Shown here one piece after another: positions 48,523 through 59,717 of a stretch of 64,000 nucleotides of DNA (within the stretch, counting starts at the first letter, position 1; each line of letters starts with the position of its first letter). The stretch is from assembly GCA_963714675.1 (NCBI GenBank), contig CAVQPG010000001.1:44598-108597 (forward strand). Reading direction: 5' to 3'. The stretch is from an uncultured Chloroflexia bacterium (GTDB lineage: Bacteria > Chloroflexota > Limnocylindria > Limnocylindrales > CSP1-4). Under the pieces are notes generated by a model that was given only the letters and a program-made list of their open reading frames with translations, had not been told where the DNA came from and did not search any database. The position numbers and the translations under genes are program-made.

Positions 48523-48593
48523 CTTCGCTCCCTTTCCACGAGTTCCCGGCGAGGTGACACGACCACACGGTCGTTCGTGGGGTCGAGACCAGC

Positions 48594-49625
48594 TCAGGCG
48601 GCAGGACGCCTCGCGATGACCAGTGTATCGAGGGCGGTCCGGGTGCCCTCCTCGGTCTCGACACGACGCCTGGCGACCTCGGCCACGTCGATCGCGAGCG
48701 TGGACAGCGCCGCCACTGTCTCGTCGAGGTCGTAGCAGCGGTCGGGGGTGGGCGGTCCGCCGTAGCCGTGCTTGATGTTGGTCCGGTCGTGGGCCACCAC
48801 CAGGACGCGTCCGCCGGGTCGCAGCCAGGTGGCCGCGTGCTCCAGGACCGTGCGCACCTGTGCGGGCGGGAGCTGGAGGTAGGCGATGACGACGAGGTCG
48901 ACGGGCTCGGTCGGCGTCCACGTCAGCGCATCGGCGTTGACGGTGACCACGCGGTCGGACACGCCCTTGTCAGCGGCCAGCCGGGCGGCCTTGTCAAGTC
49001 CGCCCTGTGAGAAGTCCACGGCGCTGACGTGCCAGCCATGGGTCGCGAGCCAGACCGCGTTACGGCCCTCTCCGGCGGCGAGGTCGACCGCGCGACCCGG
49101 CGCCAGCCCGCTGATGTGCCGCTCCACGAACTGGTTGGGCTTCACGTCCCAGAGGTACTCGCGACCCGCGTAGCGCTCATCCCAGCGCTCGACCGAGGCG
49201 GCGACCTGGCACTCGGGACAGAGGCCATAGAGCTCGAGCCGATGCTTCTGCACGGTCCAGCCGGTCTTGTGCTCCATGTCCGCGATGGCCCTGCCCAATC
49301 CCAGGTCCGCGACCTCCGTCACGCGCGCGCAGCGCTGGCAGATGACGTGATGGTGGTGGTGGCCCGGGAGGCAGGGCACATAGGCGTGGTCGCCGTTGGG
49401 CAGGTCGATGCGCTCGAGCAGCTGGAGCTCGGTGAACAGGTCGAGGGCGCGGAAGATCGTCGCCCGGCCGATGTCCGCATCGGTGGCCTGGGCATCAGCG
49501 ATGAGGTCGTTGGCAGTGAAGTGGCCGCTGCGGCCGGAGACGAGCCCAGCCACCACGCGTCGCGGCTCGGTCAGCCGATAGCCCGCTTCGCTGAGAGCGT
49601 CGACAAGGGGGTCGGTCATCGTCAT
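48594..49625 (-). CDS. Fur-family transcriptional regulator fused to a C-terminal class I SAM-dependent methyltransferase domain
   Basis: N-terminal ~145 aa Fur/Zur-like (winged HTH, HHHHH, CQRC...CPEC); C-terminal ~200 aa MTase (motif I VDLAAGEGRNAVWLA); a single uninterrupted ORF. Confidence 0.75.
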   Translation of the reverse strand: MTMTDPLVDALSEAGYRLTEPRRVVAGLVSGRSGHFTANDLIADAQATDADIGRATIFRALDLFTELQLLERIDLPNGDHAYVPCLPGHHHHHVICQRCARVTEVADLGLGRAIADMEHKTGWTVQKHRLELYGLCPECQVAASVERWDERYAGREYLWDVKPNQFVERHISGLAPGRAVDLAAGEGRNAVWLATHGWHVSAVDFSQGGLDKAARLAADKGVSDRVVTVNADALTWTPTEPVDLVVIAYLQLPPAQVRTVLEHAATWLRPGGRVLVVAHDRTNIKHGYGGPPTPDRCYDLDETVAALSTLAIDVAEVARRRVETEEGTRTALDTLVIARRPAA

Positions 49626-49637
49626 CTCCGCACCATG

Positions 49638-49660
49638 TTAACGAGATTCAGTCTCGTTTG
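49638..49660. promoter_or_regulatory. Fur-box-like inverted repeat upstream of the fur-MTase gene
   Basis: TTAACGAGA-TTCAG-TCTCGTTT (perfect 7-bp arms AACGAGA/TCTCGTT) 15 nt upstream of the start codon, in the divergent intergenic region shared with the DUF302 gene. Confidence 0.5.
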
Positions 49661-49747
49661 CGTTCGAGGCCATCTCGGATCGACCGACATCGTTTGGCTA
49701 TGCTCGGAGCAGCAGCGAGCCGTAGCGCGCTTGCGAGCAGGGGGAAC

Positions 49748-50159
49748 GATGAGCGACACACTGGGCGAGTACGCCTTCACCATCCATCTCGATGCTTCCT
49801 ACGAGGAAATCCGTGAGCGCACCGAGGCTGCACTGAAGGAGCAGGGCTTCGGCGTCGTCACGGAGATCGACATGCGCGCGACGATGCGCGACAAGCTCGA
49901 CGTCGACTTCCGCAGGTACGCCATCCTGGGCGCCTGTAACCCGAAGCTCGCATTCAAGGCGCTCAGCACCGAGCCGCAGGTCGGGCTCCTGCTGCCCTGC
50001 AACATCATCGTCTACGAGGACGATGACGGCCGAGGCACGACCGTGTCGGTCGTGGATCCGCTGGGCATGCTCGGCGATATCAAGGCACCGGAGCTTCGGA
50101 CGGTCGCCGACGAGGCCCACGCCCGGCTGGCAAAGGTGGCTCAAGCACTCGCCGGCTGA
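49748..50159 (+). CDS. DUF302 domain protein
   Basis: 136 aa with the DUF302 pattern (GFGVVTEIDM...AILGACNP); AGGGGGA RBS. Confidence 0.75.
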
Positions 50160-50184
50160 CCGAGCGACCTGTGGCGCCAACGCA

Positions 50185-50214
50185 AGAGGCCGGCCCCGTG
50201 AAGGGCCGGCCTCT
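50185..50214. terminator. bidirectional terminator hairpin between DUF302 and csp
   Basis: Perfect 12-bp inverted repeat AGAGGCCGGCCC/GGGCCGGCCTCT with a 6-nt loop. Confidence 0.5.
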
Positions 50215-50252
50215 CTGGCGTCTGGGTGGCGCGTCAAGCGCGCCGCGCAGCG

Positions 50253-50456
50253 TTAGACCAGGCGAACGCGCTGGGCCTGCGGGCCCTTCTGGCTCTGCCC
50301 GATCTCGAACTCGACCTTCTCGCCGCCGACGAGGCGGTCGAAGTCGGACGAGCTTTCGAGCTCGTTGCGGTGGAAGAAGTATTCCTTGCCATCATCAGCG
50401 GCGAGGAAACCGAAGCCTCGATCAGAGACGAGCTTCTTGACAGTACCGGTGGCCAT
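50253..50456 (-). CDS. cold-shock protein (CspA family)
   Basis: RNP1/RNP2 motifs (KGFGFL, VFFHxxxL) in a 67-aa protein; strong AAGGAGG RBS. Confidence 0.9.
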   Translation of the reverse strand: MATGTVKKLVSDRGFGFLAADDGKEYFFHRNELESSSDFDRLVGGEKVEFEIGQSQKGPQAQRVRLV

Positions 50457-50638
50457 CGTGGCCCTCCTTGGTAATCCCGAACGAAAGACGAAGAGCGCAC
50501 GGTCCGTTCGAGACAAGAGGCGACCACGCGGGCGAGCTGCGACTTGCAGCGACCTCAAAGAGTACCACTCAACTCAAAATTGGGCTCACCCGAGACTCGG
50601 ACCTGGTGCGCCTGTCATGCGGCGCGTCACCTGACCGG

Positions 50639-52291
50639 TCAGCTGGGCCACGTGGACGCGCTCAGCTCCACGACGCGGTCAACGTGCGTGTCGATGGTGG
50701 GGCGGTGGGAGATGACCAGCACCGTCTTGCCCTCCAGCCACGGGTCCATGGCCGCCCACAGCGCTGCCTCAGTGGTGCTGTCGAGGTCGGCGGTGGCCTC
50801 GTCAAGGACTACCACCGGTGCGTCCTTCAGCACCGCGCGTGCGACCGCCAACCGACGCCGCTCCCCGCCAGAGAGGAGCGTCCCGTCCTCACCCACGACC
50901 GTGTCGTAGCCACTCGGCAGCGACGCGATGAAGCCGTCGAGCTGCGCGATCCCGCAGGCCCGGTCAAGATCCCCGGTCGTCGCGTAGGCATCGGCCACCA
51001 TCAGGTTGTCCGCGATCGTGGCATTGAAGAGATGGACTTCCTGAGGCACCACCGCGAGCAGCGCACGTGTCGCTTCCTGGTCCAGCTCGTGCAGCTCCCG
51101 ACCTCCCAGGCGGATGGTGCCCACGTCGTAGTCCCAGAAGCGCAACAGCAGCGAGACCAGCGTCGACTTGCCGCTGCCCGACGGACCGACGAGCGCCACG
51201 CGCTGCCCTTCCCCGATGGCCAGGCTCAGATCTCGCAGCACCCATGGCTCGGACTCGCCGAAGCGGAACGACAAGCCCTCGATCTCGAGCGTGTGGGCCG
51301 CGGGGAGCGGCGCCGGCTCGACCGGATCGATCACCGGCGGCTGCTCGTCGACCAGCTCGAACACGCGTCTCGCCGAGGCCTTGGTGCTGTCATAGAGCTG
51401 CAGCGAACGCGACAACGGCTGCACGGCCTCGAAGGCAGCGATGGCGGCCAGCGGAAGAGCTGCGAGGAACACGCCTTCGAGCTCACCGGCAGTGACCATC
51501 GGGATGGCCAGGGCGAGGATGACCAGGCCCGCGAGTGACGCGAACAGGCCCGCGAGCGCGTTGGCCACACCTTCGATGGCACCGAGACGCTGTCGGGCGT
51601 CGTCAAGCTCGGCTGCGCGAGCCAGCAGTCGGGCGCGATGTCCGGCCGCAGCATCGAGCGCCACCAGGTCAGCCACGCCGCCGACCTCGTCGCTGAGCAT
51701 CGCGCCGACGTCTCCGCGAAGACTGGCCAGGGCAGCCGACGGAGCGAGCGAGAGCCAGCGGGAGACCAGCGGCAGCACGACCCCGGTGAGCACCAGGAAG
51801 CAGGCCAGGGCGAGGCCGATGGCCAGGTCGAACAGGCCGTAGACGACCGAGACACCCGCGACCACCACGGCAGCTACGACCGGCGGCACCAGCACCCTGA
51901 TGTAGAAGTCCTCGAGCGTGTCGACGTCGTTGACCGAACGCGTCAGCAGGTCGCCGCTGCGTCGGTCGACGAGACGTGCCGGCGCCAGCGGCTCGACCGC
52001 GCGGTAGAACCACACGCGTACGGTCGAGAGGATGCGGAACATGGCGCGGTGGGTGGTGTAGCGCTCCAGGTAGCGGAAGGCAGCCCGCGAGATGGCCAGC
52101 ACGCGCACGCCGGTGATCGCGAGCGCCAGCTCGGCCACGCCGCTAGCGATCGCGGCCTTGGAGATGAGATACGCCGAGAGGCCCATGAGGGCCACGTTCG
52201 AGGCCACGGCCACGACGCCGAACAACCCGCCCGCCACCAGCCATGGCCAGTGCTCGAATACGAGCCTCGAGAGGCGACGCAGGTCGCTCAC
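50639..52291 (-). CDS. cydC: thiol reductant ABC exporter subunit CydC
   Basis: Fused TMD-NBD ABC half-transporter; GTG start overlaps the cydD stop (GTGA). Confidence 0.85.
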   Translation of the reverse strand: MSDLRRLSRLVFEHWPWLVAGGLFGVVAVASNVALMGLSAYLISKAAIASGVAELALAITGVRVLAISRAAFRYLERYTTHRAMFRILSTVRVWFYRAVEPLAPARLVDRRSGDLLTRSVNDVDTLEDFYIRVLVPPVVAAVVVAGVSVVYGLFDLAIGLALACFLVLTGVVLPLVSRWLSLAPSAALASLRGDVGAMLSDEVGGVADLVALDAAAGHRARLLARAAELDDARQRLGAIEGVANALAGLFASLAGLVILALAIPMVTAGELEGVFLAALPLAAIAAFEAVQPLSRSLQLYDSTKASARRVFELVDEQPPVIDPVEPAPLPAAHTLEIEGLSFRFGESEPWVLRDLSLAIGEGQRVALVGPSGSGKSTLVSLLLRFWDYDVGTIRLGGRELHELDQEATRALLAVVPQEVHLFNATIADNLMVADAYATTGDLDRACGIAQLDGFIASLPSGYDTVVGEDGTLLSGGERRRLAVARAVLKDAPVVVLDEATADLDSTTEAALWAAMDPWLEGKTVLVISHRPTIDTHVDRVVELSASTWPS

Positions 52292-54081
52292 GCGTCCACC
52301 TCGCGGTCCTCGCCGAAGTCCTCGACGAGCCGGTAGTAGGCGCCGCCGTCAGCCAGCAGCTCGGCCGGGAGCCCCTGTTCCACCACCCGGCCAGCGTCAA
52401 GCACCACGACCCGGTCGGCACGCTGCGCCAGCCGCAGCCGGTGGGCGATGAGCAGCACGGTCCGGTCCTCCACCAGCCGGTCCAGCGCGTCGGCGATGGC
52501 GATCTCGCTGGCCTCGTCCTGGTGCGAGGTGGCCTCGTCGAGGACGAGCACCGGAGCGTCGCGCAGATAGGCACGGGCGATGGCCACACGCTGCCGCTGC
52601 CCGCCTGACAGCCGCGCGCCGACCTCGCCGACCTCGGTGTCCAAGCCCCTCGGCAGCCGTTCGACGAACTCGGTCACGTTGGCTGCTCGCGCCGCGGCAG
52701 CCACCTCCTCGTCGTGGGCGCCGGGACGCGCGAGGCGGATGTTGTCCGCGATGGAGCCCGCGAAGAGGTACGGCCGCTGCGGCACCCACGCCACCGCCGA
52801 ACGCCAGGCCGCGAGCCCATGCGCCTCGAGCAGGCGGCCGTCGACGCTGATGGTGCCGTGGTCCCGGTCGATGAAGCGCAGGAGCAGACTGCTGATCGTC
52901 GACTTGCCGGCCCCGCTGGCCCCCACCAGTGCCACCGACTCACCCGGGCGCAGCTCGAAGGTGGCGCCGTCGAGCGCCGGGACCTCGCGGCCCGGGTACG
53001 TGAATCGGACGCCGTCGAAGGTGATCCGGGGAGGCTCGGTCACGCCGGCTTCGCTCGGTCCTTCGGCCACTGCGGCCAGCTCGATCATGGCAGACCGGGT
53101 CGGCGTCGGCTCGTCGAGGATCTCGAAGGTGCGGGTGATGACCGCCCGGCCTGCGGTGCCCACGTGGAAGCGCACCGCGAGGGCACGGAGCGGCAGGAAG
53201 AACTCGGGGGTGATGAGCAGCACCGCGAGCGCACGGTCGAACGCGATGGAGCCCTCGAGCAGGCGCAGCCCGATCTCGACAGCCACGAGGGCGATGGCGA
53301 TGGTGGCGCCCCACTCGAGCACGAGCGAGGTCTGGAAGGCCGTCCGCAGCACCTCCATGGTGGCGTCGCCGTAGCGACCGCTGATGTGACGCAGGTTCTC
53401 GAGCTGTTCGCGACTTCGCCCGAACATCTTGAGCGTCCCGATCCCGCGCAGGATGTCGAGGAAGAAGGCGCTGAGCGTGCGCATCTCCATGAAGCGCTTC
53501 TCGCTGACCACGCGCGTGCGACCGCCGATGACGACCAGCAGGAGCAGCAGCAACGGACCGGTGAAGAGCAGCACCAGCACTGACGGCGGGTCCAGCACGA
53601 ACACCAGCAGCAGCACCAGCGCCGGCACGATCATCGCCAGCCAACGTGCCGGCAGGAACTGTGTGACGTAGTCCTCGATGGACTCGAGGCCCCCGATGAG
53701 CACACCGCTGAGCTCCCCTGACCGTTCGTGGCTGGACCAGGTGGGACCCAGGCGCAGCAGCTGTCCGGTGAGGTTGGCCCGAAGCGTGCCCACCAGCCTG
53801 TGCGCCGAGTGCCGAGCGGCCAGCTCCCCGCCCGCCCCAAGGGCCGTACGCAGGAGCAGCAGCAGCAGCGCAAGCCCCAGCAGCGGCAGCACATCGTCGA
53901 GCGTCTGGTCCTGGCGGAACACCCCGGCCACGGCGAGTGCCACCACGAGGAGCTGCGCTACCAGGGCCAGCGTGGCTCCGACGCCGGCGGCCACAGCCAC
54001 GATCATCCAGCGGCGGGCACTCCGGTCATGACGGAGCAGCCGACGCTCCGGGGAGGCGTCGGCAGTCCGTGATCTGATCAT
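52288..54081 (-). CDS. cydD: thiol reductant ABC exporter subunit CydD
   Basis: Fused TMD-NBD (Walker A GASGAGKST) immediately downstream of cydAB. Confidence 0.85.
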   Translation of the reverse strand: MIRSRTADASPERRLLRHDRSARRWMIVAVAAGVGATLALVAQLLVVALAVAGVFRQDQTLDDVLPLLGLALLLLLLRTALGAGGELAARHSAHRLVGTLRANLTGQLLRLGPTWSSHERSGELSGVLIGGLESIEDYVTQFLPARWLAMIVPALVLLLVFVLDPPSVLVLLFTGPLLLLLLVVIGGRTRVVSEKRFMEMRTLSAFFLDILRGIGTLKMFGRSREQLENLRHISGRYGDATMEVLRTAFQTSLVLEWGATIAIALVAVEIGLRLLEGSIAFDRALAVLLITPEFFLPLRALAVRFHVGTAGRAVITRTFEILDEPTPTRSAMIELAAVAEGPSEAGVTEPPRITFDGVRFTYPGREVPALDGATFELRPGESVALVGASGAGKSTISSLLLRFIDRDHGTISVDGRLLEAHGLAAWRSAVAWVPQRPYLFAGSIADNIRLARPGAHDEEVAAAARAANVTEFVERLPRGLDTEVGEVGARLSGGQRQRVAIARAYLRDAPVLVLDEATSHQDEASEIAIADALDRLVEDRTVLLIAHRLRLAQRADRVVVLDAGRVVEQGLPAELLADGGAYYRLVEDFGEDREVDA

Positions 54082-54120
54082 GCGCGGCCGGGCCCGCTCA
54101 CGGGGCGTCGACCACGGCGG

Positions 54121-55136
<1,016 letters not shown>

Positions 55137-55140
<4 letters not shown>

Positions 55141-56546
55141 CGTGTCGTCCGCTCCTCTCCACGGCCGCGGGCGGCGAAGATGCCGCGCAGGGTGTCAGGC
55201 AGGGCATCGACCGGTGTGGCCTCGACCTCCTCGAGCGGTGCCGGTCCGTGCTGGATCTTGCTGTTGAGCAGATAGACGAAGACCACGAAGAGCAGCGCAT
55301 AGATGAGCACGAAGAGGCCGATCGAGGACACGATCTCCCAGGCTTCGACGACCGGGGATGTCCCGGCGGCGGTGAACATCAGCCCGTAGACGATCCACGG
55401 CTGGCGACCGAACTCGGCCACGAACCAGCCCATGGTGATGACGAAGAGCGCGACGAACACCGACGACACCACGATCCAGAGCGCCCATCGGTGGTCGAGC
55501 AACTTCCGCTTCCAGAACCACAGTCCGGCCGACAGGAACGCGAACGGGATGATGGCCATGCCCAGGCCGACCATGAGGTGATACGACTGGAACGTCGCGT
55601 TGGGCATGGTCGGTGGGACGTCGAAGTCGTTGATGCCGGTGACGGTGTCGGCGCCGCTGAGGAAGCTCAGCAGGCCCGGGATCGCCAGGCCGACCGTCTC
55701 ACCGGAGCCTTCATCGACCCAACCGAAGGCATACGCGGCTGCGTTCTGCTCGGTGTTCCAGACGCCTTCCATGGCGGCCAGCTTCTCCGGCTGGTTCTCG
55801 GCCACCGATCGTGCCAATTCGGGGCCGAAGAGGAAGCCGTTGGCCACGGAAAAGACGATGAACAGCGGGAGCGCGACGCTGAGGCAGAGCTTGCCCAGCT
55901 CGGCGAACCCGGGTTTGCGCAGGACGTACCAGGCACCGACGCTGGCCATGAGCGCGGCGCCGGCGGTCCAGCTGGCGGCGAACACGTGCAGGATCCGCGG
56001 CATGAACGAGGGCGTGAAGACGGTCGCCCAGAAGTCGGTCATCACGGCGCGGGCAGGAACCGGGAGGGCCTGGATCTCATAGCCGGCCGGTGTCTGCATC
56101 CAGGAGTTGGCCATCACGATCCAGAGGGCGCTGAAGTGCGCGCCGACGACGACCATGAGGCTGGCAGTGAACCACATCCGTGGCCCCAGGCGGTTGCCGC
56201 CGAAGAGCATCAAGCCCAGGAAGCCACCTTCGAGGAAGAAGGCGAACACGCCTTCTGCTGCCAACAGCGACCCGAAGATGTTGCCCACGAAGCGCGAGTA
56301 TTCGGACCAGTTCATGCCGAACTCGAACTCCATGACGACGCCGGTGGCGACGCCCATGGCGAAGATGATGCCGTAGACCTTGACCCAGAAGAACTGCAGC
56401 TGGCGCCACTTGGGATCCTTGGTCCGCAAGTACATGCCGCTGACGAACAGCAGCATCAGGCCCAGTCCCATGGAGAGCGGCGGGAAGATGAAGTGGTAGC
56501 TCGCCGTCAGCGTGAACTGCAGCCGAGCGAGAAGTTCTGCGTCCAA
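55137..56546 (-). CDS. cydA: cytochrome bd ubiquinol oxidase subunit I
   Basis: (M)DAELLARLQFTLTASYHFIFPPLSMG matches the CydA N-terminus; the only in-frame start after the upstream stop is TTG. Confidence 0.9.
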
Positions 56547-56561
56547 GCGACTCGACCCCCG

Positions 56562-56981
56562 CTACGTGTTCGATGGCATGCGCACGCACCTCGCCCTCTC
56601 GAAGTCCGCGCTACGGGCATCCTCTACCTGCCTCAAACACGTAGGCTTGGGCCGTTCGGCCATCCCTCGCGGGCCGTTCGTCGGTGCGGGACGCGTCCGA
56701 GTCAGCGGAACAGCGTGAGCGCGTCGTCGGCCGTCGCCGGATCCGGTGGCAGCTGCGTAGGTCACGGCCACCCCATCATCCATGATGTAGCAGCCGCCCT
56801 TGACCGGACAGGAGGTGCAGCCGTCATCGACGAAGCGGATGGCCCGCAGCCGGCCCCGTGCGACCAGGGTCTCGAGCATGCCTTCGAGCGCCGAATCATC
56901 GATATGGAGCACGGAACTCAGGTCGGACAGGCACATCGGCTTGCCCGCATCGCGGATCGCCGCCAGCACCGCCGACAGCAT
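56562..56981 (-). CDS. feoC: FeoC-like winged-helix protein with extended C-terminal tail
   Basis: N-terminal ~75 aa resemble FeoC (wHTH plus Cys cluster CTSCPVKGGC); the start overlaps the feoB stop; the 65-aa tail is unconserved. Confidence 0.55.
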   Translation of the reverse strand: MLSAVLAAIRDAGKPMCLSDLSSVLHIDDSALEGMLETLVARGRLRAIRFVDDGCTSCPVKGGCYIMDDGVAVTYAAATGSGDGRRRAHAVPLTRTRPAPTNGPRGMAERPKPTCLRQVEDARSADFERARCVRMPSNT

Positions 56982-58684
56982 CAGACGTACCCGAGGAAGG
57001 TGCCGACCTGGAAGATGACCACGGCCAGCAGCCAGGCGATGCCGAACTGGTAGACCCCCGACAGTGCCGCCCAGCGCCAGCCGAACTCGTTGCGGATGGC
57101 CGCGAGCGTGGCCACGCACGGCGTGTAGACCAGCACGAACACGAGGAAGCCCACCGCGGCCAGCGGCGTGAAGGCAGCTCCGAGTGCCGCGCTCAGCTGC
57201 GTGTCCTCTGGCTGCGCCTCGTCGGCAACGACCAGGTCCACCCCGGGCAACAGGCTGAGCGTGGTCCGGACGGCGCCATCGACCGCGGCCACGAAGCCGG
57301 TGGCGATCGCGCGCACGTCTTCGCCGATCGATGGCGTGGCCGTCGCAGCCTCGTCGACATCTTCGCCACCGACGTAGATCTGGCCCATCGTCGAGACCAC
57401 GACCTCCTTGGCGATGAAGCCGGTGGCCAGCGCCCCGGTGGCCTGCCAGGTCCCGAAGCCGGCCGGCGCGAAGACCGGCGCGACCGCGGCGCTGGCCTGG
57501 CCGAAGTAGCTGTCACGCTGGTCCTCCACGCCCCACGGCAGGCTCATCGCGAACCAGAGGATGACCACGACCGTGAAGATGACGGTGCCGGCCTTGACCA
57601 CGAACTCGCGCGTCTTCTGCCCGGTATGGCGCAACAGCACCTTCAGCATCGGCACGCGATAGGGTGGCAGCTCCAGGGCGAAGACCGAGTCCTCCCGCTC
57701 GCGCAGGATCGTGCGGCTCATGACCGTGGCCACGATCGCCGCCATGACGATGCCGAAGACGTAGAGCGCGGTGATGACGTTGCCGGCGGCCGTCCCGAAG
57801 AACGCCAGCCCGAAGACGACGTACACCGGCAGCCGAGCCGAGCACGACATCAGCGGCAGCACGAGGCTGGTGAGGATGCGCTGGGTGCGGCTCTCGAGCG
57901 TTCGCGTCGAGTAGATGGCCGGGACCGCACAGCCGAAGCCCAGGATCATGGGCATGAACGACTTGCCGTGCAGGCCCGTGAAGCGCATCACGCGGTCCAT
58001 GACGAACGCGACACGAGCCATGTAGCCACTGTCCTCGAGCAGCGTCAGGAACAGGTAGAGCACGATGAGGCCGGGCACGAACACGAGCACCGCCCCCACC
58101 CCCGCGATGACGCCGCCGACCGCGAGCGAGATGAACCAGTCGGGTGCGGAGACGACGGTCAGGAAGCCGGTGACCCAGCGCGTGAACGGGCCGCTGATGA
58201 CCGCGTCCACCCAGTCGAGGAAGAAGGCCGAGACGTTGACCACCAGCTGGAACACGACGTACATCACGACCAGGAAGATGGGCAGCCCGACCCAGCGGTT
58301 GGTGAGGACCCGGTCGAGCCGGTCGGTGAAGGTGTAGCGCGAGGCCCGGGAAGTGTCCACGACCTCCATCGCGACGCCATGGACGTATCCGTAGCGGGCG
58401 TCGGCGATGGCCATGTCCGCCGTGTCGCCGTGAGCCGCCTCGATAGCGTCGCGACCGACCCTCGCCCGGGCCATGACCGGCGACGTTCCCTCGGTCGAGG
58501 CCAGGCGGGCGAGGATGTCGCGCTCGCCCTCGAGCAGCTTGATGGCCAGCCAGCGGGGCGGGAACTCGGCGAGCGACGGGGTCGCGGCGATGAGCTCCAC
58601 GAGCTGGTCGACCTCGGGCTCGACGTCCGCGCCGTAGTCGATGCGGAAGGGTGGCCGCGGGAGGGCGCCGGCGGAAGCGCTCAT
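56981..58684 (-). CDS. feoB: ferrous iron transporter FeoB, GDI/helical plus membrane domains (C-terminal portion of a split feoB)
   Basis: Gate-motif membrane domain; begins at an ATG two codons after an in-frame TAG that ends the G-domain ORF. Confidence 0.85.
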   Translation of the reverse strand: MSASAGALPRPPFRIDYGADVEPEVDQLVELIAATPSLAEFPPRWLAIKLLEGERDILARLASTEGTSPVMARARVGRDAIEAAHGDTADMAIADARYGYVHGVAMEVVDTSRASRYTFTDRLDRVLTNRWVGLPIFLVVMYVVFQLVVNVSAFFLDWVDAVISGPFTRWVTGFLTVVSAPDWFISLAVGGVIAGVGAVLVFVPGLIVLYLFLTLLEDSGYMARVAFVMDRVMRFTGLHGKSFMPMILGFGCAVPAIYSTRTLESRTQRILTSLVLPLMSCSARLPVYVVFGLAFFGTAAGNVITALYVFGIVMAAIVATVMSRTILREREDSVFALELPPYRVPMLKVLLRHTGQKTREFVVKAGTVIFTVVVILWFAMSLPWGVEDQRDSYFGQASAAVAPVFAPAGFGTWQATGALATGFIAKEVVVSTMGQIYVGGEDVDEAATATPSIGEDVRAIATGFVAAVDGAVRTTLSLLPGVDLVVADEAQPEDTQLSAALGAAFTPLAAVGFLVFVLVYTPCVATLAAIRNEFGWRWAALSGVYQFGIAWLLAVVIFQVGTFLGYV

Positions 58685-58687
58685 GAC

Positions 58688-59218
58688 CTAGGCCACCAGG
58701 CGCATCTGCGCCCGCTCGACCCCCACCAGACCGACCGCTGCCTCGATCAGCTCATCCATGCCGCGGCCGCGGTGTCCCACCGTCTCGACCACTGGCGAAC
58801 CACCGAGCAGGGCGCCGAGGCGCCCCTGGTCGATGCGGATGCCCTGGGCCGTGGCGCTGTCCATGACGTTGAGTGCGAGGATCAGGGGGATGCCCAGCTC
58901 GAGCAGTTGGGAGGTGAGATAGAGGTTGCGCTCGAGGTTCGTGGCATCGACCACGTTGACCACCGCATCGGGCTCGCGCGTGAGCAGGTAGTCGCGGGCG
59001 ATGACCTCCTCGGGCGAGAAGGCGCTGAGGCTGTAGGTGCCCGGCAGATCGACGATGCGCCCCACGATGTCGCGCCGCCGGAAGGTGCCCTCCATCTTGG
59101 CCACGGTCTTGCCAGGCCAGTTGCCCACGTGCTGATTGGAGCCGGTGAGGGCGTTGAAGATCGAGGTCTTGCCGGCGTTGGGATTGCCGGCCAGTGCCAG
59201 TGTGAGGACCTCGCGCAT
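58688..59218 (-). CDS. feoB: FeoB N-terminal G-protein domain (split from the membrane domain by an in-frame amber codon)
   Basis: G1 [10 protein letters not shown]3 DLPG, G4 NVVD; same frame as the downstream ORF, separated only by TAG-GTC. Confidence 0.85.
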   Translation of the reverse strand: MREVLTLALAGNPNAGKTSIFNALTGSNQHVGNWPGKTVAKMEGTFRRRDIVGRIVDLPGTYSLSAFSPEEVIARDYLLTREPDAVVNVVDATNLERNLYLTSQLLELGIPLILALNVMDSATAQGIRIDQGRLGALLGGSPVVETVGHRGRGMDELIEAAVGLVGVERAQMRLVA

Positions 59219-59526
59219 CAGGCCGCGGCCGAGTGGGCAGGCTCCTCCAGCGCTTCGACCATGATGGTGGCGGCTTCACGCTTGCGGAGGGAGAGGTGAT
59301 AGCCCTTGACGACGAATTCGAGTGGATCGCCGAGCGGCGCCGCGCGCTGCAGCATGATCGTCTCGCCACGGACGACACCGAGCTCCAGCAGTCTGTGCCG
59401 CGCCGCTGGCCGACCACCGACACGCAGGATCCGGCCGGTCTGACCCTGGCCGAGCTGATCGAGGCTCACGATCGATGCGGCTGCAGGGCAGTACTTGCGA
59501 CATCGCTTGGGTACCGGACGGCCCAT
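59218..59526 (-). CDS. feoA: FeoA-domain protein with short Cys-containing N-terminal extension
   Basis: SH3-like FeoA core ([11 protein letters not shown]...[14 protein letters not shown]...PLEFVV); no good RBS, so the start is uncertain. Confidence 0.7.
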   Translation of the reverse strand: MGRPVPKRCRKYCPAAASIVSLDQLGQGQTGRILRVGGRPAARHRLLELGVVRGETIMLQRAAPLGDPLEFVVKGYHLSLRKREAATIMVEALEEPAHSAAA

Positions 59527-59610
59527 CGCGACGACGCGAGTCAGCCACTTGCAGGAGCGGTGCTCGCAATCCTGACCAGGCACGTCGGAGTTCACAGGCA
59601 CCAGTACACC

Positions 59611-59702
59611 TGAAGGCCAAGGTGGTCGATAGTGACCACCGGACGGGTCTACCGTGCCTTGTGGCCCCAAGACCGGATGACTTGTCTCACGATATCAACC
59701 AC
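59611..59702. promoter_or_regulatory. candidate operator palindromes upstream of feoA
   Basis: GGTGGTC-GATAGT-GACCACC (59611..59630) and the near-perfect 22-bp palindrome GATATCAACCACGGTTGATATC (59681..59702) in the most AT-rich patch of the region. Confidence 0.45.
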
Positions 59703-59717
59703 GGTTGATATCCAACA

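Noticed and set aside
47545-48921. 458-aa form of the alcohol dehydrogenase ORF
   Set aside because: The N-terminal 130 aa would be translated from the 50-bp tandem repeat and lack similarity; an AGGGAG RBS supports ATG 48522.
56858-59299. 813-aa plus-strand ORF
   Set aside because: Antisense to the feoB/feoA genes; artefact of GC-rich coding strand.
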